64,000 nt of DNA from Patescibacteria group bacterium (GCA_030017615.1 JASEIG010000002.1:11980-75979); one strand, 5' to 3'; counted from the first letter of the stretch, positions 50,064 to 61,005 are shown. The notes: generated by a model not told the origin, from the sequence alone. Program-made: numbers and translations.

Positions 50064-53000
50064 CTATACAGTCTTCAATCTTTGAAAAACTGTTTTTATA
50101 TTCGCAATCGCTTCCGCTTTTTTTATGGCATCGCTTCCGTTTATGTCTTTAAAATTTGTGTTAAAATTTTTTATCAGTTCAGTGTCAACTTTATTATTCC
50201 AATGACTGGCATAATAATCCGCGAATTCTTCCGTTCTTATTTTCCCGCCGTTAATTTGACTTGCCAATTCAATTATCTTGCCGTCAATATTTTTATCGTA
50301 AACAAAAGAATCAAACATCTGCTTTTTGAGAAAATCGCCGATGGGCATATTTTTAAATTTAATTCTATCGGCATCCGGATATTTTTTTAACATCTTTTCA
50401 ATCTCACTTTGGAATTTTTCTTTTTCATTTATTTCCCACCACTGCGGACTTCCATGTTCGGGTTTAACAACATAACCGACGACAGAATCTTCGTGGCCAA
50501 TAAAATCGCGAGACATTACTTTATCAACAGTGTTCTCTTTATTATTGATAAAAAAATCAATCCACGAAGATTTTTTAATATCTATTCCGGTTGAATTTTC
50601 CGCCCAATTTTTAATTCCTTCGGAAATCGACGCGGATTGATAAACGGATATATTTTGGTTTTCAACATCTTGCGGAATTATCGCGGGATTAATTTCAGCA
50701 GGTTCTTTTGTTATAACGAGTTTCGCTTCAACTTCCACAGAAGGAGCAATTTGGGGAGCAACTTTATTCGCGCCATCTCCGTCATTATCTTCGGGCAACC
50801 ACGAATATATTTTTGACTTGTCAAATTTAATTTCATCGCCGTCCAAAATAACCCGCGCGCCCGGTTCTGAAATTCTCAACTCGGTTCCCGCGTCTTGGTC
50901 TATTATTCCGTTTTTCACAAGCAGTTTGAGAGTTTCTTTGTTTAAAATCATCTTAATTTTATCCTGGTTAGCCAAATCTTCGGGCTTTATCCCTAAATTT
51001 GAAGCAAACTCGAAATTATGATGAATTTTATAATCCAGCTGACCGTAAACAGCTCGCCAAAAGCTGTTATTTTTCTCCGTTATTAACATTGCTTTCTCAA
51101 GTTCGGCGGGGATTCCAAAAGATTTTTGAAAAATAATTTCATCGGTTTTCTCAATAATTCCGGCTTTTCCAAATTGCTTCATCTGCTCTTCGGTAATGCC
51201 CATATATTTGGCAACCGGAATATACTTATCAGCGCTCATTCCCATCCCGCCGGCAATTTGACCGGATAACAGCCCAGACCCCACGCCTCCGACAGCCGCA
51301 GACACTGCCCACTTGGCTAAATTAATTTTTCTTTGACGTTTTAAATCATCTTCGTATATCCTTAAATATTCGCGGTTTAATTCTTCCAAATTTGACAGCG
51401 CGTCAAACCGCTCGCTCAATTTCCCCATTCTATAACCAAACGTTTTTTCTTTCCAAAGAGTTTTTTCCAATCCTTTTATCCCAAGAGCGGATAATCTTTC
51501 CGCGCCTAAAGTTAAAACAGTTGACAGCGCGGCGCGGCCAAAACGATATCCGCCAAACAACAAAGCGGCGGTTCCTCCCGCAACATATCCCCCGCCGACA
51601 GCCACTCCCGTCGCTATGGAAGCGGAAACAGCCCATCTCGCCGCTTTGGGCAAGCGAGCCCATCCGGATAAAAATTTCTGAAAAATATTTTTTTCTTTCG
51701 GAGGAAATTCCTCAATTTTTGCCTTGTTTAATATTTCGTTCTCTTCTATAACAAGTTTTTTAAAAATCTCGGAAGCGGAATATTTTTTCAGTTCGCTTTC
51801 CAATTCATTTCCGTTTTTGCCCTGAGATTGGAATTCCGACTTCTTGTTTCCATAAAGACTTTTCCCGTATTCCTTTTTTGATTTTTCATACGCGAATTTG
51901 GCAAATTCAGTTTCAAAAATTTTATCCGCCCTTATAATATCTTCACTTGTGAAAAATATGCCCCTTTCCGTTATATTTTTTATAAATTGTTCCTTTAGCC
52001 GTTTTTTATTGTCTTCGGATCCAAACCCGGCTTCAAATCCATTGCTTTCTTTTACAAAAAATTCTTTTAAGTTTTTTACGGCTGTTTTATGAGTTAAATT
52101 TTTTTCCTTTTTTGTTCCGCCAAAAGCTTTTAAATAATCTTTATAGGCGCCGGCATAAGCGGTTCGCGAAGCTTCAAGATTTTTTACGGATTCTTCAATG
52201 GAAATAAAGGCGTTTTTTTCGGTTTCTCCGGTTTTCGCCCGCATTTTTTCCAATTCCGATTTTACTTCTTTTCTTTCTTCATCGGAAAATATTTTTTCCG
52301 CTCCGCCAACCGGTGAAAGAATAATTTCAATTTTAACTTCTTTTTCCGGAACAGCCGAAATAATATGTTCTGTTACGGCATCTTTTCCCGTTTTCACGGG
52401 TTCTCCTTTAAGGGTTCTTCGTTCCTCATCGGTAAAAACCGCGCCCTTTAACCCTACGGGAGAAACTACTTCAATCAGCGGTTTTTCTTCGATTTGCGTT
52501 TCTTTTTTAATAATTTCTTTTTCAACTCGCGCATTATTAATACTTTTATATTCTTTAATGGTCTCTGTTTCTTCTATCGGTTTTGCCTCTTCAAATTTTT
52601 GAACTTTTTTTGTTTTCATTCTGTCGCGCGCCGATTTCGCTTTTTCCAATTCTTCCCTGAAAAAATTTTCCTTTTTTTGAAGTTCCAGTTTTTCAGTTTC
52701 AGTTTTCGCCGCTCTTAACACTTTTTTCGCGGCTATCAATTCTTTTCCTAAACGGTCTATTTCTTTTGAAATAAAAGAATGTCCACGTTCCTTGCTGTGT
52801 TTTTTATGAAACGGTTTTTCTAAATTTTGCGTTTGTTCTTTATTTTTTCCCGCCCCTGAAATATCTTGCGGTTTTTCCGCAAATGCGCCTTCTTTTTCAA
52901 CATTTTTTAAAACTTCTCCGATATGCGCAAACTTATCTTTTTTAGATTCTGTTTTTTTGGTCTTTTTAGGTTCTGTTTTTTCGCTTTTTTCAGATTTTGT

Positions 53001-53231
53001 TTTTTTATCTTTTTTAGATTTTTCTTTTTTTATTGTTTTAAAATCTTCGGGAGCGGCGGCGCCCAGACTTTTTGGTTTTGTATCTTTTTTTTCTCCCAGT
53101 TCCTTTGAAAATTCCTCTTCTGTTTTCTTCTTCTCATCAAGCGCTTTTTTCAACGCCTCAAACATAATACCCCCGGCGCGCGGTTCTTTTTTTTCTTCCT
53201 CTCCGGATTGATGAGGTGTTAATTTTTCCAT
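50064..53231 (-). CDS. Large hypothetical protein (1055 aa), Lys/Glu-rich N-terminus with central hydrophobic hairpins
   Basis: Long ORF, no signal peptide, two Gly/Ala-rich hydrophobic segments. Confidence 0.85.
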   Translation of the reverse strand: MEKLTPHQSGEEEKKEPRAGGIMFEALKKALDEKKKTEEEFSKELGEKKDTKPKSLGAAAPEDFKTIKKEKSKKDKKTKSEKSEKTEPKKTKKTESKKDKFAHIGEVLKNVEKEGAFAEKPQDISGAGKNKEQTQNLEKPFHKKHSKERGHSFISKEIDRLGKELIAAKKVLRAAKTETEKLELQKKENFFREELEKAKSARDRMKTKKVQKFEEAKPIEETETIKEYKSINNARVEKEIIKKETQIEEKPLIEVVSPVGLKGAVFTDEERRTLKGEPVKTGKDAVTEHIISAVPEKEVKIEIILSPVGGAEKIFSDEERKEVKSELEKMRAKTGETEKNAFISIEESVKNLEASRTAYAGAYKDYLKAFGGTKKEKNLTHKTAVKNLKEFFVKESNGFEAGFGSEDNKKRLKEQFIKNITERGIFFTSEDIIRADKIFETEFAKFAYEKSKKEYGKSLYGNKKSEFQSQGKNGNELESELKKYSASEIFKKLVIEENEILNKAKIEEFPPKEKNIFQKFLSGWARLPKAARWAVSASIATGVAVGGGYVAGGTAALLFGGYRFGRAALSTVLTLGAERLSALGIKGLEKTLWKEKTFGYRMGKLSERFDALSNLEELNREYLRIYEDDLKRQRKINLAKWAVSAAVGGVGSGLLSGQIAGGMGMSADKYIPVAKYMGITEEQMKQFGKAGIIEKTDEIIFQKSFGIPAELEKAMLITEKNNSFWRAVYGQLDYKIHHNFEFASNLGIKPEDLANQDKIKMILNKETLKLLVKNGIIDQDAGTELRISEPGARVILDGDEIKFDKSKIYSWLPEDNDGDGANKVAPQIAPSVEVEAKLVITKEPAEINPAIIPQDVENQNISVYQSASISEGIKNWAENSTGIDIKKSSWIDFFINNKENTVDKVMSRDFIGHEDSVVGYVVKPEHGSPQWWEINEKEKFQSEIEKMLKKYPDADRIKFKNMPIGDFLKKQMFDSFVYDKNIDGKIIELASQINGGKIRTEEFADYYASHWNNKVDTELIKNFNTNFKDINGSDAIKKAEAIANIKTVFQRLKTV

Positions 53232-53241
53232 AATTTATAAT

Positions 53242-53916
53242 TTATTGAACTACCAGCGGCACAAAATTAAAGCCGAAATATTCTTTTTTATTATACTTAT
53301 TTTTTGATATTTTATCAATAACAACAATATTATTGCCCACCGGCGCCACAATACGCCCGCCGATTTTCAGCTGGCTTTTCCAAGTCTTGGGAATTTCGTT
53401 TTCCGCCGCGGCTCCCGCCAGAATTTTGTCAAACGGAGCTCCTTTTTTATATCCTTTTGCTCCGTCTCCTAAAATACTTTGAGCAACCCCGCTTTCAATA
53501 AACCCGTATTTGGAAATATTTTTTTCTCCCGTTTCCTTAAGTTCGGGAAGTCGTTCCATTCCTATTACTTTGGTATTTTGCGCAATCAAATCATTTTTTA
53601 AAATTTCTTGGGAATTATTGCGGCTGATTACGTGCGACAACAAAGCGGTGGTCCAACCGGAACCGGAACCGACATCTAAAATTTTTTCTCCCGCCTTCGG
53701 CTGAAGCAATTCCAGCATAAATGCTACCGTCAGCGGCTGTGAAATAGTCTGCCCCGAATCAATCGGCAAAGGCGCGTTAATATAAGCGTTTGCTTTAAAT
53801 TTTTCGGGGACAAAATCAGCCCTGTCTATATTTTTAAAAGCTTCTATTATTTCAGGCGTTTTAAGATACCCGTCGTTTACCAAAGAATCTGTCAAAATAT
53901 CATTTTGTGGGTTCAT
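53242..53916 (-). CDS. pcm: Protein-L-isoaspartate O-methyltransferase
   Basis: GQTISQP, ILDVGSGSGW, APFDKI, QLKIGGRIVAPV, FVPLV. Confidence 0.95.
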   Translation of the reverse strand: MNPQNDILTDSLVNDGYLKTPEIIEAFKNIDRADFVPEKFKANAYINAPLPIDSGQTISQPLTVAFMLELLQPKAGEKILDVGSGSGWTTALLSHVISRNNSQEILKNDLIAQNTKVIGMERLPELKETGEKNISKYGFIESGVAQSILGDGAKGYKKGAPFDKILAGAAAENEIPKTWKSQLKIGGRIVAPVGNNIVVIDKISKNKYNKKEYFGFNFVPLVVQ

Positions 53917-54000
53917 ATATGCTAATCTTGATTTTTTTAAATTACCGTAATATTATAAGCGAAAATACGCAAATTTAAAACTGAATAATAGGGAGGTTGT

Positions 54001-54147
54001 ATGAAAAAAACAATGTTGTGCTTATCAACAAAAACAAAAAAAATCAAAGTTTCTGCGGCTTTTTTAAAAAACTTTGCGAAAATAACTGCCGATAATAAAA
54101 ATAATATTGAAAGGCAGTTAAGATTGTTAAAACAACAAAAAATTTAA
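54001..54147 (+). CDS. Unannotated 48-aa basic peptide
   Basis: Promoter TTGATT-17-TATTAT (53928-53956), SD AGGGAGGT, ORF MKKTMLCLSTKTKKIKVSAAFLKNFAKITADNKNNIERQLRLLKQQKI, long hairpin downstream. Confidence 0.6.
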   Translation: MKKTMLCLSTKTKKIKVSAAFLKNFAKITADNKNNIERQLRLLKQQKI

Positions 54148-54155
54148 ACAAACGG

Positions 54156-54219
54156 ACCCCGCAGTAAATTTCGGCATTTCGCAAAGCGAATAAAATTTTG
54201 CCGAAATCTACTGCGGGGT
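54156..54219. terminator. Long inverted repeat between convergent genes
   Basis: ACCCCGCAGTA.ATTTCGGCA ... TGCCGAAAT.TACTGCGGGGT with inner TTCGC-aaa-GCGAA hairpin. Confidence 0.7.
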
Positions 54220-54665
54220 TATTTTTTTTTAAAATTCAAATGGTTTAATATTAAAAATAAAACAGTCCCCAAAATCAGATTATAAACAAGCTCTTTGGCA
54301 AAAACCAACGACCAAATTGCAAAAGGATATGACACGGCGTAATAAATAAGGGTTGAGCATGCCAAAATAATTACATTTCCCACCAAAGGACGCCACGGCA
54401 AATACTTATTTATCGCCGAAAATACCATCCCTATGACAAATACCGCAAAAATTTCTTTTTGCGGTTCCGAAGAAAATTTAAGCAAAAACGCTCCCATAGC
54501 GGATAAAAAAAATCCCTCCCAAAAATCGCTTATAAAAAAAGAAAACACAACCAAAGCCGTTAAAACAAAATTCGGCTTCACGCCGAAAATTGATATATTT
54601 AAAAACTGAACAATGCCAAAAAAAATCGTTAAAAAGACAAATGTTGGCAATCGAAATTTGCGCAT
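54219..54665 (-). CDS. MreD-like membrane protein
   Basis: 148 aa, about 5 TM, GVKPNFVL motif, ELVYNLILG. Confidence 0.6.
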   Translation of the reverse strand: MRKFRLPTFVFLTIFFGIVQFLNISIFGVKPNFVLTALVVFSFFISDFWEGFFLSAMGAFLLKFSSEPQKEIFAVFVIGMVFSAINKYLPWRPLVGNVIILACSTLIYYAVSYPFAIWSLVFAKELVYNLILGTVLFLILNHLNFKKK

Positions 54666-54685
54666 AATTATTTAATCTCGCTATT

Positions 54686-55819
54686 TTAGTTTTCTAATTC
54701 GCTTTTTAAATCTTCTAATATCTTTTTGGCTTTATGGCTGATTTTCTTGGGAGATTTTATTTTAAATTCCACATATAAATTGCCCCTGCCGGAACGGTTG
54801 AAATGCGGCATTCCTTCGCCAAAAATAACCAGCGCTTTACTGATATCAAAATCTGACGGGATTTTAATTCTTACTTTTTTGCCGGAAATATGGAGGATTT
54901 CTATTTTTTCATCTCCGTCAATTAAGCCGTTTATCAAATCTAAAACGGTTATTTCTTTTTGAACAATAAGATTGTCGCCGCTTCTCTGAAAAACAGGATG
55001 TGATTTTACATTGATTCTCACATAAAGATCCCCTTCTTCAGCTCCGCGTTCTCCGGCTTCGCCCGCTCCCTTAACTTTTAAAATTTGACCATCATTAACC
55101 CCCGGAAGAATTTTAATCGCTATTTCTCTTTTCCCTCTGATTTTTCCCAATCCTTCGCAAGCTTCGCATTTCTTATCCGGCGTTTCTCCCGCGCCGCGAC
55201 AATTGGAGCAAGTTTTCACCTGTGAAAACGCGCCGAAAAAAGTTTTCTTTGTTTCTTTTATTTCTCCTTTGCCGGCGCAAACAGCGCAAATTGAAAATTT
55301 AACTTTAGCGTCATGCCCGCGGCCATCGCATTTATCGCACTTAATTTCAACGTTGAATTTCAAAATTTTATCAATTCCCGAATACGCCTCTTCAAGAGAA
55401 ACTTCTTGGATAATTTCAATATCGGACCCGTGTTGATAAGTTCTTCTTTGTTGTCCCATTCCGGCTCCGAAGAACATTTCAAAAATGTCTTCCATATCGC
55501 CCAAATCTCCCATATTAAAATTAAATCCTTGTCCGAAATCCCAGCCGGAAGTCCCGCCAAACGGTCCGCTTTGAAAACCTTCAAACCCCTGCTGGCCGCT
55601 TCCGCCTCCGGCGGAAAAAACCCGCCCAAATTTGTCATATTGCGCTCTTTTTTCCTTACTGGAAAGAGTCTGATACGCTTCGTTTATTTCTTTAAATTTT
55701 TTTTCGTCTCCGTCCGATTTATCCGGATGATATTTATGCGCCAATTTTCTATACGCTTTCTTGATTTCCTCATCGGAAGCGTTTTTTGAGACTCCTAAAA
55801 TTTCGTAATAGTTTTCCAT
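54686..55819 (-). CDS. dnaJ: Chaperone DnaJ
   Basis: J domain with HPD, G/F-rich linker, four CxxCxGxG motifs. Confidence 0.97.
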   Translation of the reverse strand: MENYYEILGVSKNASDEEIKKAYRKLAHKYHPDKSDGDEKKFKEINEAYQTLSSKEKRAQYDKFGRVFSAGGGSGQQGFEGFQSGPFGGTSGWDFGQGFNFNMGDLGDMEDIFEMFFGAGMGQQRRTYQHGSDIEIIQEVSLEEAYSGIDKILKFNVEIKCDKCDGRGHDAKVKFSICAVCAGKGEIKETKKTFFGAFSQVKTCSNCRGAGETPDKKCEACEGLGKIRGKREIAIKILPGVNDGQILKVKGAGEAGERGAEEGDLYVRINVKSHPVFQRSGDNLIVQKEITVLDLINGLIDGDEKIEILHISGKKVRIKIPSDFDISKALVIFGEGMPHFNRSGRGNLYVEFKIKSPKKISHKAKKILEDLKSELEN

Positions 55820-55874
55820 ATGGCTTGTAACTTGTAACTTGTAACTTTTTAAATTACAAATTATAAATTACGCA

Positions 55875-56867
55875 TTATACGATTAATACTTCTTTGCTTT
55901 TATCTTCCAGTTGCACTTTTACAAATCCTAAAGCCAGCATAATCTCGTAAAGTATAAACGCAAAAAAAGAAATAACAAGCCTAATCGGTAAAGACAATGT
56001 TTCTATAAAAATAAAAATTAAAGCGCCGATTAAAAGAAAGACAAAATTTTTAGACTGGCCCGACAAATTTAAAAATTTTTCCTTTATAATATCGTAAATC
56101 CATTTTGATATTGTTGACTTTTCGTTAATAGACATTCCGAAATAATCGGAAAATTGCTTATAAAATCCCAATGCCGCCTGATTTACAATAACTTGTTTTT
56201 CGCGAGCGGATAAAAACCGCGCTTCCGGCAACTCGTTTATTTTTGCTTCGGCGGCTTTGCGCGCGGCTTCTTCAAATGTCATTGACGGACTAACACCCGG
56301 AAAAAAATTTTGTATGATTATTTCACCGGATTTAACGATATTTTCAAATATTGAAAACGGCAAAGGAAAATCCTGTTTAGAACCGTTTAAAAAAGACGGA
56401 ATAGTAATACTTATCGCTAATGATATAGCTAACACTCCTTTTGGCAATACCGCTTTTGAAACATTCCAAAAACTGATTTTAAGATTATTATCAATTATTT
56501 TGCGGCCCGCCGAATATCCGAAATAAAGGCATAAAAAAAGAAACGCGAAGAAAAACAGGAAATACATTAAAATATCGGCAATAAAAGAAATAATAGCCAT
56601 GCTTTCCAAAAAAATCACAAAAGCGGCTTTCTTATTTTCTTTGGTAAAAAAAACCTGAAACAAAAAAACGATAAGAAAAAAAATACCGGACAACGCGCCG
56701 TATAAAGCAAAATTCCAATCTCCCGATTTTAAAGACTGATTCAAAAACCAGCTGAATAATCCTGCCGATAGAATCCCAAAAAACCAAAGCGAAATAATTT
56801 TTAACGCCGAAGAATTGCTCCCGTTCCCTCCAAAAACATTTTTGTGGCTAATCAAATCAGTTTCCAT
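55875..56867 (-). CDS. Hypothetical polytopic membrane protein between dnaK and dnaJ
   Basis: About 330 aa with multiple TM segments. Confidence 0.8.
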   Translation of the reverse strand: METDLISHKNVFGGNGSNSSALKIISLWFFGILSAGLFSWFLNQSLKSGDWNFALYGALSGIFFLIVFLFQVFFTKENKKAAFVIFLESMAIISFIADILMYFLFFFAFLFLCLYFGYSAGRKIIDNNLKISFWNVSKAVLPKGVLAISLAISITIPSFLNGSKQDFPLPFSIFENIVKSGEIIIQNFFPGVSPSMTFEEAARKAAEAKINELPEARFLSAREKQVIVNQAALGFYKQFSDYFGMSINEKSTISKWIYDIIKEKFLNLSGQSKNFVFLLIGALIFIFIETLSLPIRLVISFFAFILYEIMLALGFVKVQLEDKSKEVLIV

Positions 56868-56952
56868 AAAACGGATAATCAAAAATTAGAAAACAAAAAA
56901 CAATTTGGAGTAATTTTCCAGCCAATTACTTAACACACTGACAAATTATCAA

Positions 56953-58776
56953 TTATTCTTTTTTGTCTTCCCCTTGCTGTTGATTATACATCGACTGGCC
57001 GATTTTTTGAAGTTCTTGCGACAATTCCTCGGTCCTTGACTTCATCAGGCCGATATCCTCTCCGTCTTTTGCGGATTTAAGGTCGGAAATTTTTTGATTT
57101 ACCGCGTCTTTGATTTCTTGCGCAACTTTGTCGCCGGCATCGCGTAAAGATTTTTCGGCGACATAAATTAATTGTTCGGCTTGGTTTTTAGTTTCCGCCA
57201 ATTCTTTTTTCTTTTTGTCTTCTTCCGCATGAACTACCGCTTCCTGTTTTAATTTTTCAATTTCGTCTTTTGAAAGCTGTGTTGACGCTTGTATTTTCAC
57301 GGATTGGATTTTCCCGGAAGCTTTGTCTTTGGCGGACACGCTTAATATCCCGTTTGCGTCTATATCAAAAGAAACCTCAACTTGCGGAATTCCGCGCGGA
57401 GCGGGCGGAATTCCGTCAAGAATAAATTTTCCCAAAGTTTTATTGTCCACAGCCATAGGTCGTTCCCCTTGTAAAATATGAATTTCAACGGAAGTCTGGT
57501 TATCGGCGGCAGTGGAAAAAATTTGCGATTTTGAAGTGGGAATGGTTGTGTTTTTTTCAATTAAAGGAGTATAAACTCCGCCAAAAGTTTCAATTCCAAA
57601 TGAAAGCGGAATAACGTCTAAAAGCAAAACATCTTTTACGTCGCCTTGAAAAATTCCCGCCTGAACAGCGGCGCCGATTGAAACAACCTCGTCGGGATTA
57701 ATTCCCTTGTGCGGCTCTTTCCCAAAAAGATTTTTCACCGATTCCTGTACTTTCGGCATTCTGGTTTGTCCTCCGACCAAAACAACTTCATTAATGTCGG
57801 AAATTTGCAGTCCCGCGTCTTTAACTATTTTTTCGGTAATTTCAACCGACTTCTTAATGTATTCTTCCACCAACTCTTCCAATTTGGCTCTCGTTATTTT
57901 CATAATAAAATGTTTCGGGCCGCTGGCGTCGGAAGTTATATAAGGAAGATTGATTTCAGTTTCAAAAGTCGTGGAAAGTTCGTGTTTTGCCCTTTCGGCG
58001 GTTTCCTTTAATCTTTGTAAGGCAAGCGGGTCTTTTGAAAGGTCTATGCCTTCCGTTTTTTTGTATTCTGAAACAAGAAATTCAATTATTTTTTTGTCAA
58101 AGTCGTCTCCGCCTAAATGAGTGTCGCCGCCGGTTGATTTTACTTCAACAACATCGTCTCCAATTTCCAAAACGGAAACGTCAAAAGTCCCTCCTCCAAG
58201 GTCGTAAACGACTATTTTTTCGTTTTTCTGTTTATTAAGTCCGTAAGCCAGCGCGGCGGCAGTCGGCTCGTTGATTATTCTTTTGACTTTAAACCCGGCA
58301 ATTTCGCCCGCGTTCTTGGTCGCCTGCCTCTGCGAATCGTCAAAATAAGCCGGCACCGTAATAACCGCTTCTTCAATGGTTTCTCCCAATTTTGCTTCGG
58401 CATCGGCTTTCAGTTTGGCTAAAATCATAGCTGAAATTTCTTCGGGCGTATACCATTTTTCGCCCATTTCTATCTCAACTCCGCCGTTTGAAGCTGATCT
58501 TATTTCATACGGAAGCCAATTCTTGTCCTGTTGGATTTCAGAATCGCTGAATTTTCTTCCAATTAATCTTTTGGCCGAGAATATTGTGTTTTTCGGGTTT
58601 ACAACCGCTTGTCTTTTGGCAAGAAGCCCCACGAGTCTTTCATTGGCTTTGCTGATTGCGACAATGGAAGGAGTGGTTCTCGCTCCCTCGTGGTTTTCCA
58701 AAACTTTCGGTTCTCCGCCTTCGTTAACCGCCATAGCGGAGTTGGTTGTTCCTAAATCTATTCCTAAAATTTTCAT
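56953..58776 (-). CDS. dnaK: Chaperone DnaK
   Basis: [40 protein letters not shown]. Confidence 0.99.
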   Translation of the reverse strand: MKILGIDLGTTNSAMAVNEGGEPKVLENHEGARTTPSIVAISKANERLVGLLAKRQAVVNPKNTIFSAKRLIGRKFSDSEIQQDKNWLPYEIRSASNGGVEIEMGEKWYTPEEISAMILAKLKADAEAKLGETIEEAVITVPAYFDDSQRQATKNAGEIAGFKVKRIINEPTAAALAYGLNKQKNEKIVVYDLGGGTFDVSVLEIGDDVVEVKSTGGDTHLGGDDFDKKIIEFLVSEYKKTEGIDLSKDPLALQRLKETAERAKHELSTTFETEINLPYITSDASGPKHFIMKITRAKLEELVEEYIKKSVEITEKIVKDAGLQISDINEVVLVGGQTRMPKVQESVKNLFGKEPHKGINPDEVVSIGAAVQAGIFQGDVKDVLLLDVIPLSFGIETFGGVYTPLIEKNTTIPTSKSQIFSTAADNQTSVEIHILQGERPMAVDNKTLGKFILDGIPPAPRGIPQVEVSFDIDANGILSVSAKDKASGKIQSVKIQASTQLSKDEIEKLKQEAVVHAEEDKKKKELAETKNQAEQLIYVAEKSLRDAGDKVAQEIKDAVNQKISDLKSAKDGEDIGLMKSRTEELSQELQKIGQSMYNQQQGEDKKE

Positions 58777-58869
58777 AAAATTATTTGTAATTAGGTAATT
58801 GCGTAATTGGGTAATTAATTGCGCTTCCGACTTGTTTGCTTAATTACTTAAATTACTAAAATTACTAAA

Positions 58870-59406
58870 TTATTTTGCTATTTTTACGCGGCTCGGTCTG
58901 ATAACCTTGCCGTTTAATATATAACCTTTCTCTATTTCTTCAACTATGATTCCGGAAGGATAATCTGATTCAACTTCCGCAACCGCTTCATGGATAGAAG
59001 GGTCAAAATTTTGCCCTTCCGACACGGATAATTTTTCCAATCCGCAATTTTTCAAAATATCTTCAAGCTGGGATTTTATAAGATACACGCCTTTCAAATC
59101 TGAACTAAATTGTTTTTTATGCGCGTCATCCCGCGCTTGCTCCGTGTTATCTCGCGGTTGACTCTCTAAAGCCAAAATAGCAAAACTAAAACTGTCAAGA
59201 ACCGTTATTAAATCCCTGATTAACGATTCATTTGAAAACTTGGCAATCAACTCAAATCTTTTCATTTCATCTTTTTTGTAATTAATCAGTTCGGCTCTGG
59301 CTCTTTGCCACCCATCCAAGTATTCGTCTCTTTCTTTTTTTATTTTTAAAAACTCACCGTCGGACTGGGAGTTATTGTTTTCATTTAAGTCGTCGTTATT
59401 CGGCAT
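58870..59406 (-). CDS. grpE: Nucleotide exchange factor GrpE
   Basis: WQRARAELINYKK, FDPSIHEAV, KGYILNGKVIRPSRV. Confidence 0.96.
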   Translation of the reverse strand: MPNNDDLNENNNSQSDGEFLKIKKERDEYLDGWQRARAELINYKKDEMKRFELIAKFSNESLIRDLITVLDSFSFAILALESQPRDNTEQARDDAHKKQFSSDLKGVYLIKSQLEDILKNCGLEKLSVSEGQNFDPSIHEAVAEVESDYPSGIIVEEIEKGYILNGKVIRPSRVKIAK

Positions 59407-59516
59407 TTTAAAATATACCCGCTCGCGTCCGCTTATTTTAAAAACTCGCTGGATACGCGAGAAAAGTAAACAAACGCAAAGTGAAAATTAAATTAAGTGT
59501 TGTTTTATTCATTCTT

Positions 59517-59544
59517 ATTATAAAAAATAGCTTGTTTATGTCAA
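59517..59544 (-). promoter_or_regulatory. Consensus sigma70 promoter for grpE-dnaK
   Basis: Minus strand TTGACA-16 nt-TATAAT. Confidence 0.7.
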
Positions 59545-59607
59545 GCGCGGTTTCCATGTATTACTATCGCGCTAAATATTATAACGCTTTATTGTTATAA
59601 TTAGAAT

Positions 59608-61005
59608 ATGAAATTAGCGATTATTTCAGGCATTTTGGGAATTTTAGCTTTCTTGCCTTTTCAATATCTGTTTATATTCGGATTTTTTTATTTGGTTCCC
59701 TTTTTTGTTTTTCTCGTTAAAGAAGAAAAATTACGGCGGCTTATCGCTGGTTCTTTAATTTTTAAAATAATATTTTGTCTCGGCGCGGTATATTATACGC
59801 TTGAGCCGATTACATGGGTTTGTTCTGTAATTATTTTTTTAGGGTTACCGCTGTCTGTTTTCGCGCTCAAAAAAGTAAGGTTTTTTCGCGAAAATTATAT
59901 TGCTGTTCTCGCGTTCATTCCCGTCTTATGGACATTTTGGGATTTAACGGAAGCGAGTTTTTCTCCGATGCCCGCTTACATAATCACATTGGGAAACGTT
60001 TTCGGACACTCCCCTTTTCTCGGACTTGCGGGATTTCACGGATTTGTCGGATTAACTTTTTTTGGAGCGGCGGTTAATACCCTGTTCGCGCTTTACTTTT
60101 TTATACCCCGCAAAAAATATCTTCAAAATTCCGCTATTATTATAATAATTATTATTTTTGCGCTGGCGTTTTCGCAATGGCGCCTCCATAAAAACCGTTT
60201 AGATTACAATAGTGGGAAAAACACTTTAAACATCGCTTCAATTTCAGTAAATGAAAAATTCAGTCCGCCTGATTTTGAAAAATTAAGAAAAGAACTGCAA
60301 TCAAACAACGCGGATTTAATAATTCTCCCCGAGGACATTTTAAACGCCGCCGGAACCGATTATACAAATAAAAATTTTTTCGTTATGCGCGATTTGGCTA
60401 AAAACACCCGAATCAATTTGCTTGCTAATTTTGATATTTTTGAAAATCCCGATTTAGAAAACCGAAAAATATTTAACTCAACTTTTTTATTTGACAAAGA
60501 CGGAACGGTTTCCGATATGCGAAATAAAAAGCGGCTGACTTTCATCGGAGAATATTGGCCTTTCGGAAACTGGCGCCCCTTTTTCTTTGACTGGACGCTG
60601 ACAACCAATCCTGAATATAAAAATTACGCCGTTTTCAGCCATATAAATTATTCACAGGGAAAAGAAAAAAATCTGACCTTAAAAACAAACGATAAAACAA
60701 TTAATTTCTCATCTTTAATATGTTTGGAAATACATTATCCGCAAGACGTGAAAAAACGAAAAAAAGACGGCGCGTCTTTTATCGTCAATTCATCCAGTAA
60801 TAGGTGGATTGATATCGGAACAAAACATTTCCTTTATCTATCCGAGGGATTGAAAAAAATAGAATCCGTGTGGCTTAATATCCCCGTCATATCAAGCGGA
60901 GTGAATGATTACGCCGGAATAATAACCCCCGACGGGGAAAATTATTCTTATGATTTTAATTCTGAAAATAATTTTACAATTTTTTATGGAAAAATTAATT
61001 ACTGA
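59608..61005 (+). CDS. lnt: Apolipoprotein N-acyltransferase
   Basis: N-terminal TM region plus nitrilase triad ILPE, KKRL..IGEY, LICLE. Confidence 0.82.
   Translation: MKLAIISGILGILAFLPFQYLFIFGFFYLVPFFVFLVKEEKLRRLIAGSLIFKIIFCLGAVYYTLEPITWVCSVIIFLGLPLSVFALKKVRFFRENYIAVLAFIPVLWTFWDLTEASFSPMPAYIITLGNVFGHSPFLGLAGFHGFVGLTFFGAAVNTLFALYFFIPRKKYLQNSAIIIIIIIFALAFSQWRLHKNRLDYNSGKNTLNIASISVNEKFSPPDFEKLRKELQSNNADLIILPEDILNAAGTDYTNKNFFVMRDLAKNTRINLLANFDIFENPDLENRKIFNSTFLFDKDGTVSDMRNKKRLTFIGEYWPFGNWRPFFFDWTLTTNPEYKNYAVFSHINYSQGKEKNLTLKTNDKTINFSSLICLEIHYPQDVKKRKKDGASFIVNSSSNRWIDIGTKHFLYLSEGLKKIESVWLNIPVISSGVNDYAGIITPDGENYSYDFNSENNFTIFYGKINY

Noticed and set aside
59407-59600. CIRCE/HrcA control of grpE-dnaK
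   Set aside because: No TTAGCACTC-N9-GAGTGCTAA and no hrcA at the locus.
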